A model generated the notes under the pieces. The model made no database searches. It worked only from the letters and a program-made list of their open reading frames with translations, and was not told the origin of the DNA. Below, piece after piece: positions 1 through 13,559 of a DNA stretch of 64,000 bases. Both the position numbers and the translations under genes were made by a program. The DNA lies in contig JBEUKZ010000010.1 in the NCBI GenBank assembly GCA_048128005.1, forward strand, positions 62,001-126,000, in the 5' to 3' direction. Source of the DNA: Veleropilina oligotropha (Eukaryota). Each line of letters begins with the position of its first letter. Within the stretch, counting starts at the first letter, position 1.

Positions 1-347
1 CCAAAGGGCTTATTAGTAGACCACCCAGGTGTAGCTGTTTAAATATTATTAGTAATTATATTTTTAAGGAAATATTGTAACTAAACAAAATATTTAAAAT
101 CAATAATGATGAAATTGTTATGTCACTGTAGATAGCCATTTAATAAAATCTTTTTGTAGTGGGTTCTGAATTGTGATAGTGATTGTGAGTTTCTAAGGGA
201 CAAATCAAGACTATTCCATATACGTGGGCCATGATATTTCACTGTGTGATATCGTGCTGTGGTGCGACAGATTTCAATATGATACTTATCTTTATTTCTT
301 GTATTATGATGATGTATATCATAATTTGTCTCGTGTGATATTTTCAA
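1..347 (-). mobile_element. 5'-truncated L2/CR1-type LINE 3' end, intronic to the otopetrin gene
   Basis: ORF 123-347 reads TVKYHGPRIWNSLDLSLRNSQSLSQFR, a typical C-terminus of L2/CR1 ORF2. Confidence 0.65.
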
Positions 348-562
348 AGCTCACAACATAAACGTGCGTATCAAACTCGCCGCCCCAGGATAACTATGAA
401 TGTTATTACTCCACAAAGTACCGAGCCGAGAATTCGAACCCATTGCCATGAATTTGAACAGTAATTATCGCTCTTATCCATTCAACCCCCGAGCGACCAT
501 GAGATTTTGATCTAGACATAATAATTATTATCAACCAATACCATACATCGTTATTCACATAG

Positions 563-3401
563 GGTTCAGTTTAGGAAGCGTGACCTTGGATGGATTTAAC
601 ATTGCATCCTACTTCGAGACGCCGAACACGGAGACCTGTCGCAGCCTCATCTTCATCCTGGTGTATGGCATGCATCTGCTCTTCACGTTCGTGCAAACCT
701 TCTTCCTCTTCAAGAATCATAAGGTATCTTAAGAAGACATGATCCGTTGGGATAAACTCAACGTTAATCAACATATCTTAGTAAAAGTGCACATTTGCTA
801 GTATATAATAAGAAACATATTTTTAATTTTTAGCATCAGGGATACCATAAAACAAAACAATTAGCAAATATATGCATAATGTTATGTTTTTGGACATTCC
901 ATCTTAACGTTGAACTAGTCGTATATATACATCTTTTCAGGTCCTCGATCGTTAAGCCGTAAATAATAATGCAGCTTATAGTCTACATAATAATTATTAT
1001 AAAAGACACATGGCGTTCAGTTATGCGGAAGATTTCTATATAGTTACAAGGCACCGCCGAAACCATACAAAACTTGGTGCGGTTCGACACTGACAGCATA
1101 GTCAATGTAGCAGAACATGTTTTCTCTGCAAATAACAACTTCCACAACCCGATCCAATATGAACAAGTTATGAAGAAATGATTGCATCCTTGAAAAAGTG
1201 GCTAATCTATCTGCCAGTGGATATTTTGTGTAACCAATACGAAAAACTGGTTTATCATCAAGAAACTATGCTTACAATGTTTTTCCTATACCCCAGCTGC
1301 ATTCCAAGACATTTCATATGCTCTTTACCAAAATAAGTCGTCTGCTTCAGTCAAATGGAAACAGATACTTGGAGCAAGCTAATCATAATATGACAGCCGG
1401 TGTTGAATGTTGCATCCGTCGCCGTACAGCATGTGTATGCAGACGACAACTCATCTGACCAAAAATAGATCATGCATCCAGCAAAATGTTTCCTTCTCGA
1501 CGTAAACATGACTTAGAGTTTATTTTTTACTAGTGTGTGTGCATGTTATGTTGGTACTCGACAATCCATGGTCTCTTTTCAAAATAAAGATAGTATATAT
1601 GATATAAAAGACGTACAAAAGAAATGTGTTTATATGTGGACGATGCTTCGTTAACACATAATCTTTTCGCTGTTAAATGATATAATTTTTACAAGGAATT
1701 TGTGCATGGTACCATAGGCGAAGCTGCCTGAACAAAATGCGCATGTATACCTGTTGATAGATATTCACGCATATTTAGTGAACGTGAACATCTGATCTGA
1801 GCTGCCGAATGGCTACCTGGATATTTAATGGAATTTCAATAGTCACTCGCATGGAGCAAAGTCTTCATTTCATATTATGATTTCCTTACTGTCGTCACCT
1901 ATCAAATGTTGACAAGTTTCATATCTACCACTGCTAGATAATATGAATGCATCCATAAGCCATATATATCGAAAGCATGTCACGTCAAAACTAGAAACAA
2001 AATACATGATAGTAATAATTTGTGAAATAACGATTATTGCATCTTTTAAGCTGATGATCAACAAGAGCAAAGCATTTGTCCGATTTGGACTCATGCATCT
2101 AATGGCGACAAACATCTGCGCATGGATAGTAACCGCCGTCACGGAGACAGCCGATGACTACCGGCAACAGGATTACATAAAAACAATTCAGATACAAGGT
2201 AATGTTTGGAAATAATATCTTTCTTGTTCAATCCAACCGGTTTTCGGAAGCTCGAGAAAACAAATTCATCAAAAAAACATGCTGTTCAAACGAACAATAG
2301 ATGTAACAATTTTAAATAATCTTCCAAGCGAGCACATCACTGTCTGCAGTGTAATGGAAGATTGTTAATGGGGATACAGAATCTATGAAATTTCCAACGA
2401 AATTATTTACTTTTACTCTTTATGTAGTCTTGTCTCGACATAATAGATTATGTGCCAATCTTTCATCCAATATTAAATTGATGTAATATTTGTCTTCTGC
2501 AGGTGTTCAAAACAACACCATCAAAAGCTGTTACGCCGACATCACCCTGGCTCGGACCGCGTCGCCGTACCTGTTCCCCTGCGTCATCATGTATTCGCTG
2601 ATCGCCACCGGCATGGTGTTCAAGATTTACCAATACATCGGCGTTCGGGTGAAGCATCGCTGGCCCAGCCACACCTCCCTCACCAGCTCGCAGCCCCAGG
2701 GCGCCTATGATATGGACTGCGAGAAGGCCAACAAAGGGCTGTTCCTGGGCCTCCTCGTCGCAGTTATGACCCTCATCGCCATCGCCACATTCTTCGTCTT
2801 TGAGAATCGTCTGCTAGATCCAATCACCGCGATCAAAGTCTTCTACATCACCGAGATCTCGCTGCTCGTCATCACGTTCATCGGCGTGATTGTGGGCTTC
2901 GTGCGCATGTCTCGACTCAAGTTCCGGCAAGGTCACGTGCTCACGCTCAACTCAGTGCTCCTCATCACCGCCGTGTTCGGCACGTTCGTTAGCTCATGCT
3001 TCATGCTCATCTCCGCGGTGTTCGACCTCACCACGTACGGCCTCGTCGGTATCCTTTCGTTGGGCTCTGTGGGGATGGTGATTGTGCAAATTATTCTTCA
3101 AACCGTCTTCATCCTTGACGGGTTGAGTCGGTGCGTGGCCTACGAGGCACAAATGAGTACGAAACCTGGCCGTTCGGTCGTGACATTCTTGCTCGTTTGT
3201 AACTTGGCCCTTTGGGTCATCAGCATGTTCGAAGTCAAGAAAACTAAAGTAATTCCTCTTCATGAAGACTTTTATGGCATTTTGCCGTGGAATATCATTA
3301 CCCATTTGTGTTTGCCGCTCATAATATTCTTCAGATTTCATTCGGCAATATGCCTCTCGGAGATTTGGTACGAAGCTTACCAGAAGGAGAAACGGTTCTG
3401 A
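563..3401 (+). CDS. Otopetrin-family proton channel (OtopLc-like), last three coding exons: 563-723, 2051-2198, 2503-3401; earlier exons not found in the window
   Basis: AG/GT-bounded exons join in phase. Translation gives FSLGS..LLFTFVQTFFLFKNHK / RFGLMHLMATNICAW / ASPYLFPCVIMYSLI..DCEKANKGLFLG..KPGRSVVTFLLVCNLALW..LPLIIFFRFHS, all otopetrin motifs. Confidence 0.93.
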
Positions 3402-5674
3402 CACTGATTGCATCATAGGAAATATTTGAATATGTCGCGAAAAAGGCAGCAGGAAATGGATACAATCATACCCAATAACGTTTGAGCAATCATCGCAATA
3501 TGATCAATCCGTTCTTCTTCAACAACTACGTATATGTCTGTATTTATTCAGCGTGAGATCTGTCTTAAGTTCCCGGATGTATACTGCATTGCACAATTTG
3601 TGGAATTATGTCCATAGAGCAAAGGTGCGAAATTGGTATTAATTGGAAATCTGAATTTGCTTAGTGTTTTGTTTGGATTTGGTGCTTCTTGTAAGATACT
3701 TTTTACAGTGGATCATTGGATCTCAAATCTCTAAGTGCCTGAAAACTATCGGGTAGCTGGGATTATATGGTTATAAAACTTACCATTGGCACAGTCATCA
3801 ATGTAACGGTATATAAAATGTACCTCCTGAAGAGTATAGGACTTATTTATATACTGGTAGTTAATATGCCATTTATTAATATTTACTTTTATACTAGGTA
3901 TAATGTATTTGTTTATAATGTTCTAGTTTTGCATGCAATGATATGTTGACCCCATTGCCAGCCACTTTTGTAAATATCGTGTCCAGATGTAACAATACAC
4001 ATAACATATGCCAACTTTTATGGCGAAGATCACAAAAATGCACACATATCTCCAGCATGCAATGGTGTACATTGGTTAATCGAAAACACTATCGGGTTCT
4101 TGGTGTTAATAATAGCAGTAGGTACGTCATGTTATTGCGTTGGTTTGAACCATGATCAGGACAATATGCGACCTCCCTGGTTTGCACGATGCCATTTCTG
4201 GAGATGTATCTGACATACATGATACTTGTCTAATGGTATCAATAGTGAATACACTACTTGGTCAGCGAGTAACTTGGCAAGATGTAAACATACGCACAGA
4301 ATGCACATCTTAAAATCAGCAAACGAACATATCAATATAACGTCGTCACCGTAGAACCGTACCGGAAGCATATAAACACATAATAATTATGATAAATCAT
4401 AAATGCCGTGACCAACAAGTGCTTCTGATTCGACAGTTGGCACCGTTCCTGATGTACCATACAAAACCCTTCGCTGTCTGAACGACAACTGTTTGTGAAC
4501 GAGATCACCAGATGCAGTCGCTGGTGGACAGGATTATATAAGGTCATCGGATCATATCCGGACCTTTACATGGAAATTGTTTTATATTCCGACATGGCAC
4601 AAAACATGGTACTATCTTGAATCCTGTCGTAATCGGCGACATGACACTCGAAATGTCCGATACAGACCCAATACCAAAGAGTCAACCAAACATTTATTCT
4701 CATCATCACGGAATCTTTTTGACGTTGCACTAACATGCATGATCGCCTGCTAAGTGAGCCTTGCATACAAGAACAGTCTTCATTTTGTTTAAGGTATTGT
4801 ATATGTATTATTTAGGATATTTGTAAAATAAAATATTTAGTGATGTGAATGTGTATACTGTGGTGTCCCAATTTAATTGCGATTGCAACTACTGTGTGCA
4901 GAATATTTTGAAGCAGTTCCAAGAGGAGATTCGCTATAGTCACTATTGTGACGCTCGACGCTGTTCATAATCCATATGCAATATATCACACCTATACTAA
5001 AACCTGATACATTCGTCATTGGAAGGGGTCCTTAAATATTATGGCATAATTAAAGTTCCAGGGATGATACAATCGAAGGATGGGGTTGTAAGCATCACCC
5101 ATGGTGATAGAACGCCATGGCACTGAAAAGACAATTGCCCAGCCCTCCATGCCCGAGCTTGCCATGCAATATACAGTGGATTCGCAATTCATCAATTCAT
5201 TTTGTTGCTTTCCACGTCTTAACCCAGGTAATTATAATAATGTTGCTTTATATGCGAACAAATTAGAGGATGTGTTATACTCAAGCACATTGATTGCTAA
5301 CATTATATTCTATAATTTTTTCTTAATTTCTCAGTTTACGGCTAAAAGCCGGTGGACTTCACCTTTGAGTTAAGGGCGTGACATTACATCGCCGGCTATT
5401 GAAGCTAGCGTGTCAAGCCTGTATGCAATAATTGCCGTGAAAACAAAACAAACTCCGTAATTGTATTACTGTTATTGCAGTCATTAGTCAACCAATCATA
5501 CGGCGACCGTTCGACCTGCATAACCACCATAAACAAACCAGTTTAGTTGAAACAAAAACGACAAGTCTCTATGATAAGATTAAGCTAAAATATAACTGAT
5601 CATTATCTGTGCCAGTGCGTTTTACAATATAAAATACATACACACATCATACATGCATACATACATACATACAT

Positions 5675-5994
5675 CAGGGGAGGATGCAGGATTTTGCTAA
5701 GGGGGGTCCAACTTTCATAAAATATACTATCAACTGTTCCCGTGGGGGCGGGGCCCCACGCGAAAGAAAATTTTGACAATCAACAGCCTGAAACCTCATC
5801 TCCTGCACTCTGACAGGGCAAAAGCGAGATTTCTTACCAACATTTAAATTATGAACCATTTTCCTAAAATGTATGGGTAATTTTCATTTTTATCACAATC
5901 TAACACATTGAGTTTTTTAATGGCCAAGGCAAAAGGGCACTTGGCCCGTTAAGGGAGGGTCCGACCCCCATGCCCCCCCCTACATCCGCCCCTG
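5675..5994. mobile_element. Non-autonomous DNA transposon with CAGGGG(A/C)GGAT TIRs and a 5-bp TSD (hAT5-like)
   Basis: Ends CAGGGGAGGATG...CATCCGCCCCTG; flanked by TACAT (5670-5674 and 5995-5999) within a (TACA)n microsatellite; homologous to 23587-24518. Confidence 0.75.
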
Positions 5995-6037
<43 letters not shown>

Positions 6038-6166
6038 TCGAACCACCCAATTGAGACATGATGTGCTACTAAAAACATCGATGGAGAGAAAAAAGCAATA
6101 TTCGACAGATTAATGGGTGACGCGATGATGATTTGCCCTGATAATTTTTTACCTTACTTGATCTAA

Positions 6167-8382
6167 TGGCGCCGTCACACCATGACGACTAGGCCAGCGC
6201 ACGCCCAGCGTTTTCAATATTTCACCAAAAACTTTGTAAATTCAAACACGTTCGAATTTACCGCGATCTGTGAACGTAGACATGGCATTATGGGCGTGTA
6301 ACGAACGATAACCAACGCATGCGAAACGTTTGGGAAGTACTTCATGTAAGACTCCGTGAAATTGTTATAGATGTTCTATAAGGAAGATTTAGTAAGGCCA
6401 TTAACCATGATATTCAATAAATCATTAAAAGAAGGAAGTTTGCCTGATGACTGGAAAATTGGTAATATTACCCCAATCTTTAAGAAGTGAAGTAGGTCAA
6501 ACACCCAAAATTATCGACCTGTTAGTCTGACATCAATAGTAGGCAAGATCATGGAATCTATCTTAAAGGATGCTATCTTACAACACATTAATAAATTCGA
6601 CTTGCTAAACCTTAGTCAGCATGGATTTATGGCGAAACGGTCTTGTTTAACCAACTTACTGGAATTTTTTGAAGATGTAACAAATGCCATAGATACGGGC
6701 AAACCAGTTGGTATAATATATCTTGATTTTCAAAAGGCATTCGACAAAGTACCACATAAACGGCTGATACAAAAATTAAGTAACCATGGTCTGAAAGGTC
6801 CAATATTAAACTGGATAAGGATGTGGTTAGAAAATAGAAAACAGAGGGTTGTAATAAATGGGATCAAGTCAAAGTGGGAGCCGGTACTAAGTGGAGTCCC
6901 ACAAGGTTATGTTTTGGGTACATTGCTGTTTCTTATACATTTAAATGACATTGATGACGTCATTACGTCTCTTGTAAAAAAGTTTGCAGATGATACCAAA
7001 TTGTACAGAATTGTTGAAACTGAAGAAGATGCAAAAACACTTCAGTGATTTAAGCACCCTTCCCGCATTTGCTGCAGGGTTTTGTGCCCCGGCCCTGCCG
7101 CCGTTGCCGAGCCAGGTGGACTTTGCAAAACTCTCTCAGACAACTCCTACCGCATAGCTCCGTGGAGCTTATGGTGAGCCATTGACAGGTGTCTGTGCCC
7201 TTCATCGTATCCTTTGCAGTGGGTATACCCGTTGCAATAGGTATGTCTAAAAGAGAGCCCGGGCCGGCGAGGGTAACGGGCCGTCCCTAAGGGCTCTATA
7301 TAGTTCATTTATGCCGGAAAAGCTGCTGGGAGCCGCCGTTGCCCCCGCCGCGCCCACATAGATTTGGTGCATTCACCCCCCCCCCCCCCCCCCCCTGCTG
7401 CTTCATACGCTTGTCACATCATTATGCGAACTTGCAATACAAGGGCCATAACTCTAGCTTCATTTTTACCAAATTATTTCCATTTTTCGACTTAGATAAT
7501 TCAGGTTAATGTTTTGCTTGAAGGGCTTTTTCTCACAAACTGTTCACACTACAGCCTTGAAAGTTCATACACTTGTTTGATGTCATTATGTGACCTTGCA
7601 ACAAATTATTCCTCTTTTTTTAATTAAAAATTCAGGTTAATGTTTTCCATGAAGGGTCACAAACAACAATGATTATCTCTGTCTGTCTGTCAATCTATAA
7701 TGCTATCGCTAAAACCACTGTGCGGCATTGAACCACATTTGGTGTATGACTTTTCCATGTAGTAAAGAGGTGCAATACCAATACACCTTTCAAACTTCTT
7801 ACAGTTGTTTTCATTATGGCATTTTCATCGATCCAGCTTTTGATAGTCGAGCTTCCTGCCTTCTGACAGCTCTTGTTATATACCCAGGAGCGTTGACATC
7901 ACGCCTAACGCTATCCCAACTGTAACTGCACGTGAGAACGGTTTGCTAACGCTATGGTTTCGCTGAGTTCGTTTTGTGGACGTCCAGACACGTTTTTGAT
8001 CGCCATCAACAGCTATACAATTGTTTTGAAGACGTTCTTTCAACGCTGGCAATGCGCCAGTGATACGCTTGTGCGTGAACGAACGCACACCAAACGCATG
8101 ATGAACGATAGCCTAACGAAGTTAACGATTTCCTAGCGTTTGTATAACGTTCTGTGGACGTTTCACAGCGTTTATGCTGAAAAGCCGGACCGAGAACATT
8201 TTTTGTGCATGTTCAATTTTTTTTCTCCGGCCTCAGCGTGTCTGCGTTCGCCGACAACCGCTTAACGTTACAAACGCATGTCTAACGATGGGAAAACGAT
8301 CATGGACGTTTACCAACGTTTCACCAAAAATGGGAAAACGCTGGGCGTGCGCTGGCCTAATCGTCATGGTGTGACGGCACCA
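6167..8382. mobile_element. PIF/Harbinger-type non-autonomous element carrying nested fragments
   Basis: TIRs of about 48 bp (TGGCGCCGTCACACCATGACGA.. / ..TCGTCATGGTGTGACGGCACCA); TAA on both sides (6164-6166, 8383-8385). Confidence 0.8.
6389..7048 (+). mobile_element. CR1 LINE reverse-transcriptase fragment
   Basis: NYRPVSLTS, QHGF..SCLTNLLEFF, YLDFQKAFDKVPH, SGVPQG, KFADDTK; in-frame TGA at about 6488. Confidence 0.9.
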
Positions 8383-8762
8383 TAAGCAAAATGGCCACTG
8401 GTGACCAGAATGTCCTTCTGAACTTAAAACTAGTAAAATCCTCGAGCCCTACACTCGACGGGAATGTATCCTCTTTCATATGCAATCCGAAAATGACCAA
8501 AATCGTTAGACGTATCAATTTTGCAGAATTCAAGTACCATAATTCTGGTTCTAACATCTTTACCAAGTTTGGTCAGGAATGAATGAAAATTGCGTGAGAG
8601 TTATCGCGCGAACGTGCCAATTTTACGTAACTTACTCTTAGGTTCAAACGAACCACGATCACGCCAAAAATAATTAAGCATCGTGACCTCATAACTAATG
8701 CACACACCAAAATATGAAGCAAATATGATTATAAATAACAGTTATGTATATAGAACGTTACC

Positions 8763-8911
8763 AAGAAATATCTACAGCGGCGTCACCTTACACTGTCCCC
8801 GACTATTGTCCGGGGGTACAATAATGGTGTATAAGATCGTTAACAAGAAATATCTACAGCGGCGTCACCTTACACTGTCCCCGACTATTGTCCGGGGGTA
8901 CAATAATGGTG
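8763..8911. repeat. Two tandem copies of a unit of about 67 bp containing a hairpin; probably the end of a Helentron-associated element
   Basis: AAGAAATATCTACAGCGGCGTCACCTTACACTGTCCCCGACTATTGTCCGGGGGTACAATAATGGTG occurs twice. Confidence 0.7.
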
Positions 8912-9080
8912 CATACGATCCGGACAATGTGTTGTGTTTTAAGTTAGATAAATCTATGAAGTTTATGCAATTACGGTTTCTTGTTGACACAAGAAAGAGA
9001 GTATGGTTAGAGGACTAACAATGACTCAAAGCGCGACGCGAAGGTGGAGCGCATGTATCACCGTCAATCTGAAATGATTA

Positions 9081-10367
9081 GGCCAAACAAAATTAATGTT
9101 GTGGTTCAGGTAACATCACTTAAAAAATTAGGGTAGGGGGTGCAAAAAAAGTTTTTATTTTGACATTTATTTTTATTTTCAACCAAGATCAACATTTTAT
9201 AACACATCACGTTCTGATGATACTCTGGTCATTGCAAAGGCAATATAGGTCACGTACAAATGTGAGCAACCTTAAATGAAGGTTGTTGGTACACAATTTA
9301 TGTGATATAAAATATGTATGTACGTTATCAACTTTTAACAGGATCAACATTTTATAATAGGCCTACATCACGTTCTGATGATACTCTGGCCATTCCAAAG
9401 GCAAAATAGGTCACATACAAATGTGAGCAACCTTAAATGAAGGTTGCTGGTACACAATTTATGTGATATAAAATATGTATGTACATGTTATCAAATTTTA
9501 ATAGGAACATGCTTTGAATCAACAATTCAACAATTATATCATCTGCACTGTAATTGTCTATATTATTGAAGATTATAGCATGTGGACTGGGACATTAAAT
9601 AGCAAAAGTCTTTCTACAATTGCAATGGGTGCATTTGTCTATGTATATAGCAAAAACACTTGCACACCCATGTGCCATATTAGCGTCCACGTGGCATCTG
9701 ATAAAAAGTCAAAAAACCAATGTACCAAGAACAGCTGAACCCCGTTGCTACGACAACAGTTTTCATCTGATATCACTGGCTCGGGCGTTTCCGTCTTGCG
9801 CAGACCGAACACTTTTAACGCTGTAGTGCCGCGGTCGGAACTAATCGTGTTTTGTCGCCAAACCAACGATTTACATCTGGCGCCTAAGCCCGCAATGAGA
9901 ATAACGTAAACAAAAGCAGTTCTCCATTTCATACTGGTAGTTCATTTTTATCAGACACTGGTTGTAACCTGAAACCTAAACGCCAGAAATATTAAGTGAT
10001 GGAAAGCTAATCTCGAGGAATGCTCGCTGTAATTTTAAAAGAACAGCTGCAATGACTTTCCGACATTGACACATGGGAAAACAGTTAAGTGTCAACCGTC
10101 GCAATTTATTTCTCTTCGGTGGGATGTTTTTTTATATTACTTCAGTCTTGTAATGTTACATTGCAGCGGTTTTCATGTTTCTGCTTCAAATGGAGATTGA
10201 AACTGGCATACTTCTGGTATTAAATATAGTATATATTCAAATGCAACACAATTTCAACAGCATGAATTTTTTAATTCCGATATTTTTTCTCTGATAAACT
10301 TTAGGGTCGGCGGTAATAAATAGGGTCGGTCGGGTTACCGGAACCTCAACATTATTTTTACTACGCC
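9081..10367. mobile_element. Non-autonomous DNA transposon with a TTA TSD (Zator- or Harbinger-like)
   Basis: Imperfect TIRs GGCC..AATGTTGTGGTTCAGGTAAC / GTTACCGGAACCTCAACATT..CGCC; TTA on both sides; internal tandem duplication of about 155 bp (9186-9495). Confidence 0.6.
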
Positions 10368-10607
10368 TTATGCCCGTGCATTTTCACAATTACCGTGTAG
10401 ACAGTACGTACGGCAGTAAACGTCGAGAAATGGGTGTCTGCACACGACGTCGAATTTTAAAATTCGGGAATGCACACGACGTCGAATCGCCGCATCGTGT
10501 GATGGGATTAGGGGGATTAGTGGAAAGTTCACCAAGTGAAGCAAAAATGACATCATTGATCGCGAAACGCACTAAATTGTGTAAAAATGAAGACCTTGTG
10601 GGACTCC

Positions 10608-11230
10608 ACTTAGTACCGGTTCCCACTTTGACTTAATCCCATTTATTACAACCCTGTTTTCTATTTTATAGCCACATCCTTATCCAATTTAATATTGGAC
10701 CTTTCAGACCATGGTTACTTAATTTTTGTATCAGTCGTTATTGTGGTACTTTATCGAATGCCTTTTGAAATTCAAGATATATTATATCAACTGGTTTGCC
10801 CGTATCTATGGCAGTTGCTACATCTTAAAAAATTTCCATTAAGTTGGTTAAACAATATCGTTTCTTGCTGACTAAGGTATAGCAAGTCAAATTTATTATT
10901 GTGTTGTAAGATAACATCCTTTAAGATAAATTCCATGATCTTGCCTACTATTGATGTCAGACTAACAGGTCGGTAATTTTGGGTGTTTGAGCTACTTCCC
11001 TTCTTAAAGATTGGGGTAATATTACCAGTTTTCCAGTCATCAGCCAAACTTCCTTCTTTTAATGATTTATTGAATATCATGGTTAATGGCTATACTAATT
11101 TTTACTTACCGGCTTTTAGAAATTTGGGATATATATTGTCCGGACCTGCATGGAGGTTTACTAACATTTAGTAAGTTTATCTTTTTTCAACCATGTCAGT
11201 GGTAATCTCATTAATGGCATTATGTACATT
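10608..11230 (-). mobile_element. CR1 LINE RT fragment, inverted close relative of 6389-6903
   Basis: DWKTGNITPIFKKG..NYRPVSLTSIVGKIME; its reverse complement aligns by eye with the fragment at 6.4-6.9 kb. Confidence 0.88.
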
Positions 11231-11864
11231 TAGGATTACTAATATATAATATTCATATATGTTTGTAATATTATTTGTTTGTAGGTAAATATGCATATTT
11301 GAAAATGAAATAAATTACTATGCTGTATTTAGGTCTCCAGTCTTCACTTAGTTGAATCCAATTACACGATTGTTATAGGTAATCCCCAAAACACGAAAAT
11401 GCACACGACGTCGAAAGAAAATTGACCAGCAGAGTGGAACCGTGTTCAAAATTCGACTTCGTGTGCATAAACCGAGAAATGATGCAATGCATTTGAGATG
11501 TTGTATACAGAAGAATATCGAGGCAATTGTGAATGAAGAGAACAACTTATATATATCGGTACTATCGCACAAGACCGGAACTGGCAACATTCCCTGAATG
11601 AGCGCCAAAGAGTAAAATGTTGTGGCTAGTTGATGGTGATTGTAGACGTCCATTCTGTTATGAAGTTAAAGACACGAGAAATGCCATCAAATTCAAGAAT
11701 ATTTGCGCGTGGACTGAATGCGGCAACACCAACGAAAGAACGGCCAAGAAGTCGCCATTTTGTGGTGACCATTGCAACGCAACGGCCTGGCCGATTACAA
11801 TGTTCATACTTTATGTCTGTCCACTCGAAGTTGCAAGTTGTGAAGATGTAGTCTCTGTCAAGGA

Positions 11865-12007
11865 CCAGGGCCCAAGTTTAGAAAGAGTCTGAGACTCTAT
11901 GAAACTCAGCTCAGACTCTGCAATGATCAAGAGTGTTGATTTGAGTACGAGACAGTCACCAGAGTCTGAGATCGTACTCTGCAGATCTTTATTATCTTGG
12001 GCCCAGG
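11865..12007. mobile_element. Small MITE
   Basis: Terminal inverted repeats CCAGGGCCCAAG / CTTGGGCCCAGG, with internal AGAGTCTGAG / CTCAGACTCT motifs. Confidence 0.5.
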
Positions 12008-12094
12008 TTCATTGCCTACCCAAGACTGAAATATCCACATGATGCTAGATTATCTGAAGAGTGAAAGTGACTGAATATGATTATACAGTGAACC

Positions 12095-12628
12095 CTATAT
12101 ATACCCAGTCCGCTTGAAAACCGTGAGAGATCTTGTGTTCCATGGTGCACGGTTATCAAATACTATTATCTTGCCTTTGACGTTAATCCGTCGTTCTGAT
12201 TGGATGACGTCAGTTACGTAAATACCCTTATACCCCGTCTGTTTGATGTTATTTTCAAACAGACGGGGTATAAATAACTTATTACCCGTCTCCATGGAGA
12301 TCGGAGAGGCTCGGCTCTTTCCGTAAAATCGATAACGCCGTCTGCTTCATTGCAATGTAAACAAAGCGATTAATATTCATGGCTGCGTCCGTATCAAGTG
12401 AAACCAAGTTGTCAACAATAATCAGATAGTGAGTTATTTAATAGATACGCAAATGATTATTATATAAAGGCAAGATAAATTCGTTGTCGAATCTCCGTCT
12501 TGGTAGTATACGGTATGTTGTACACCTTTTGACGTTGAACTCCCTCGGCTATCGCCTCGGGGTTTAACGTCAGGCGGTGTACAACATACCGTATACTACC
12601 GCGACGTCGTTCGACAACTTATATTATC
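12095..12628 (-). mobile_element. Non-autonomous element ending in a long hairpin (possibly Crypton-type)
   Basis: Imperfect palindrome 12483-12618 with a perfect 25-bp arm (GGTAGTATACGGTATGTTGTACACC / GGTGTACAACATACCGTATACTACC); related to 14341-15100. The left boundary is approximate. Confidence 0.45.
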
Positions 12629-12720
12629 CTTAACTGCAGTTTTGATGAAAAAGTCGTAATTCGTGTGTAATCGTATGATATATTGGATAATCGTCTTTCA
12701 CAGTACTGTGTAATCTTGAT

Positions 12721-12984
12721 GGGGGGGGGGGGGAATTATGCTTAATGTCCTGTATATTTATAACATCGAGGTTCAAGGCAGGACATGTCCGTGTTATCGC
12801 GGGAGGAAACCCCGGTCGCCGGGTAAACCCGCCCTCTTCGGCCAGTCACGGACAACTGTGCTTCATAACTTGAACAAATGTGTGGTGCCTCAGGCGGGGG
12901 TCGATCCCACTACTGTTCGCGTCAGCGGAAACAAGCCAGTGAGTTTAGAGTGGACACTCTACCCACTGCGCTACCGAAGCGGCC
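12721..12984 (-). mobile_element. tRNA-derived SINE (family A), full length
   Basis: Near-identical to 60202-60460. A-box TAGCGCAGTGG, B-box-like GGATCGACCC; TSD TAATCTTGAT(GG) at 12711 and 12985; poly-C tail on the element strand. Confidence 0.88.
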
Positions 12985-13559
12985 TAATCTTGATGGCATC
13001 ATCATAGAACAGTAACATACCGTGATGTACCTACAACCAATAACGAATTTTCTTACCGTATTTTTCGTCACCCGTAAAGCAATCTCACTCATGACTGCAT
13101 GATAATGTAACATGTCTTGGGAAATTCTTAATAGATCATCATGAAAAACAACCAGGAGAATCCATGATTACCCACGAAAGCCAGAAATTCTGGCAAAGCC
13201 ATATTGAAACTCCAACTAAATCCCACGAATGCATGATTGGTGGCAGTACGATTATGTAGGATCGAGTTCGAGTGCAATATTATGCAGGTTGACCACACCA
13301 TGGCACGTTTATTTGAACAATTCAAAACATTCGTGTCCATTCCCAGATCACCGCTAGTCTCCAACGCTCATGACGGAGCAATCAACAACTTACCATTATT
13401 CACGATACGCCAAGATTTTTGGAATCGTGGCGAGCCCTGACCATAATCGGGATGGCGTGATTGAAGCTTTTAGTTGTAACACCCTTTTTTCATCTGGATG
13501 TTTCATTTCATTTCTGAATTCAGCCCACAAAACTAGCTGAACCAGAGGGGAGACCAAGA

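Noticed and set aside
724..732. Otopetrin donor GTATCTTAA as a U12 site
   Set aside because: Lacks the CC of GTATCCTT; treated as an ordinary U2 intron.
4150..4980. Coding-like minus-strand stretch with short hydrophobic ORFs
   Set aside because: No continuous frame, splice pattern or family motif I can recognise; a BLASTx search would be needed.
7060..7397. GC-rich segment resembling a Ngaro-type terminal repeat
   Set aside because: Impression only; no second copy or linked ORF in the window.
12738..13007. 89-aa ORF nearly identical to the ORF at 60189-60449
   Set aside because: Antisense reading of two SINE copies, each bounded by TSDs.
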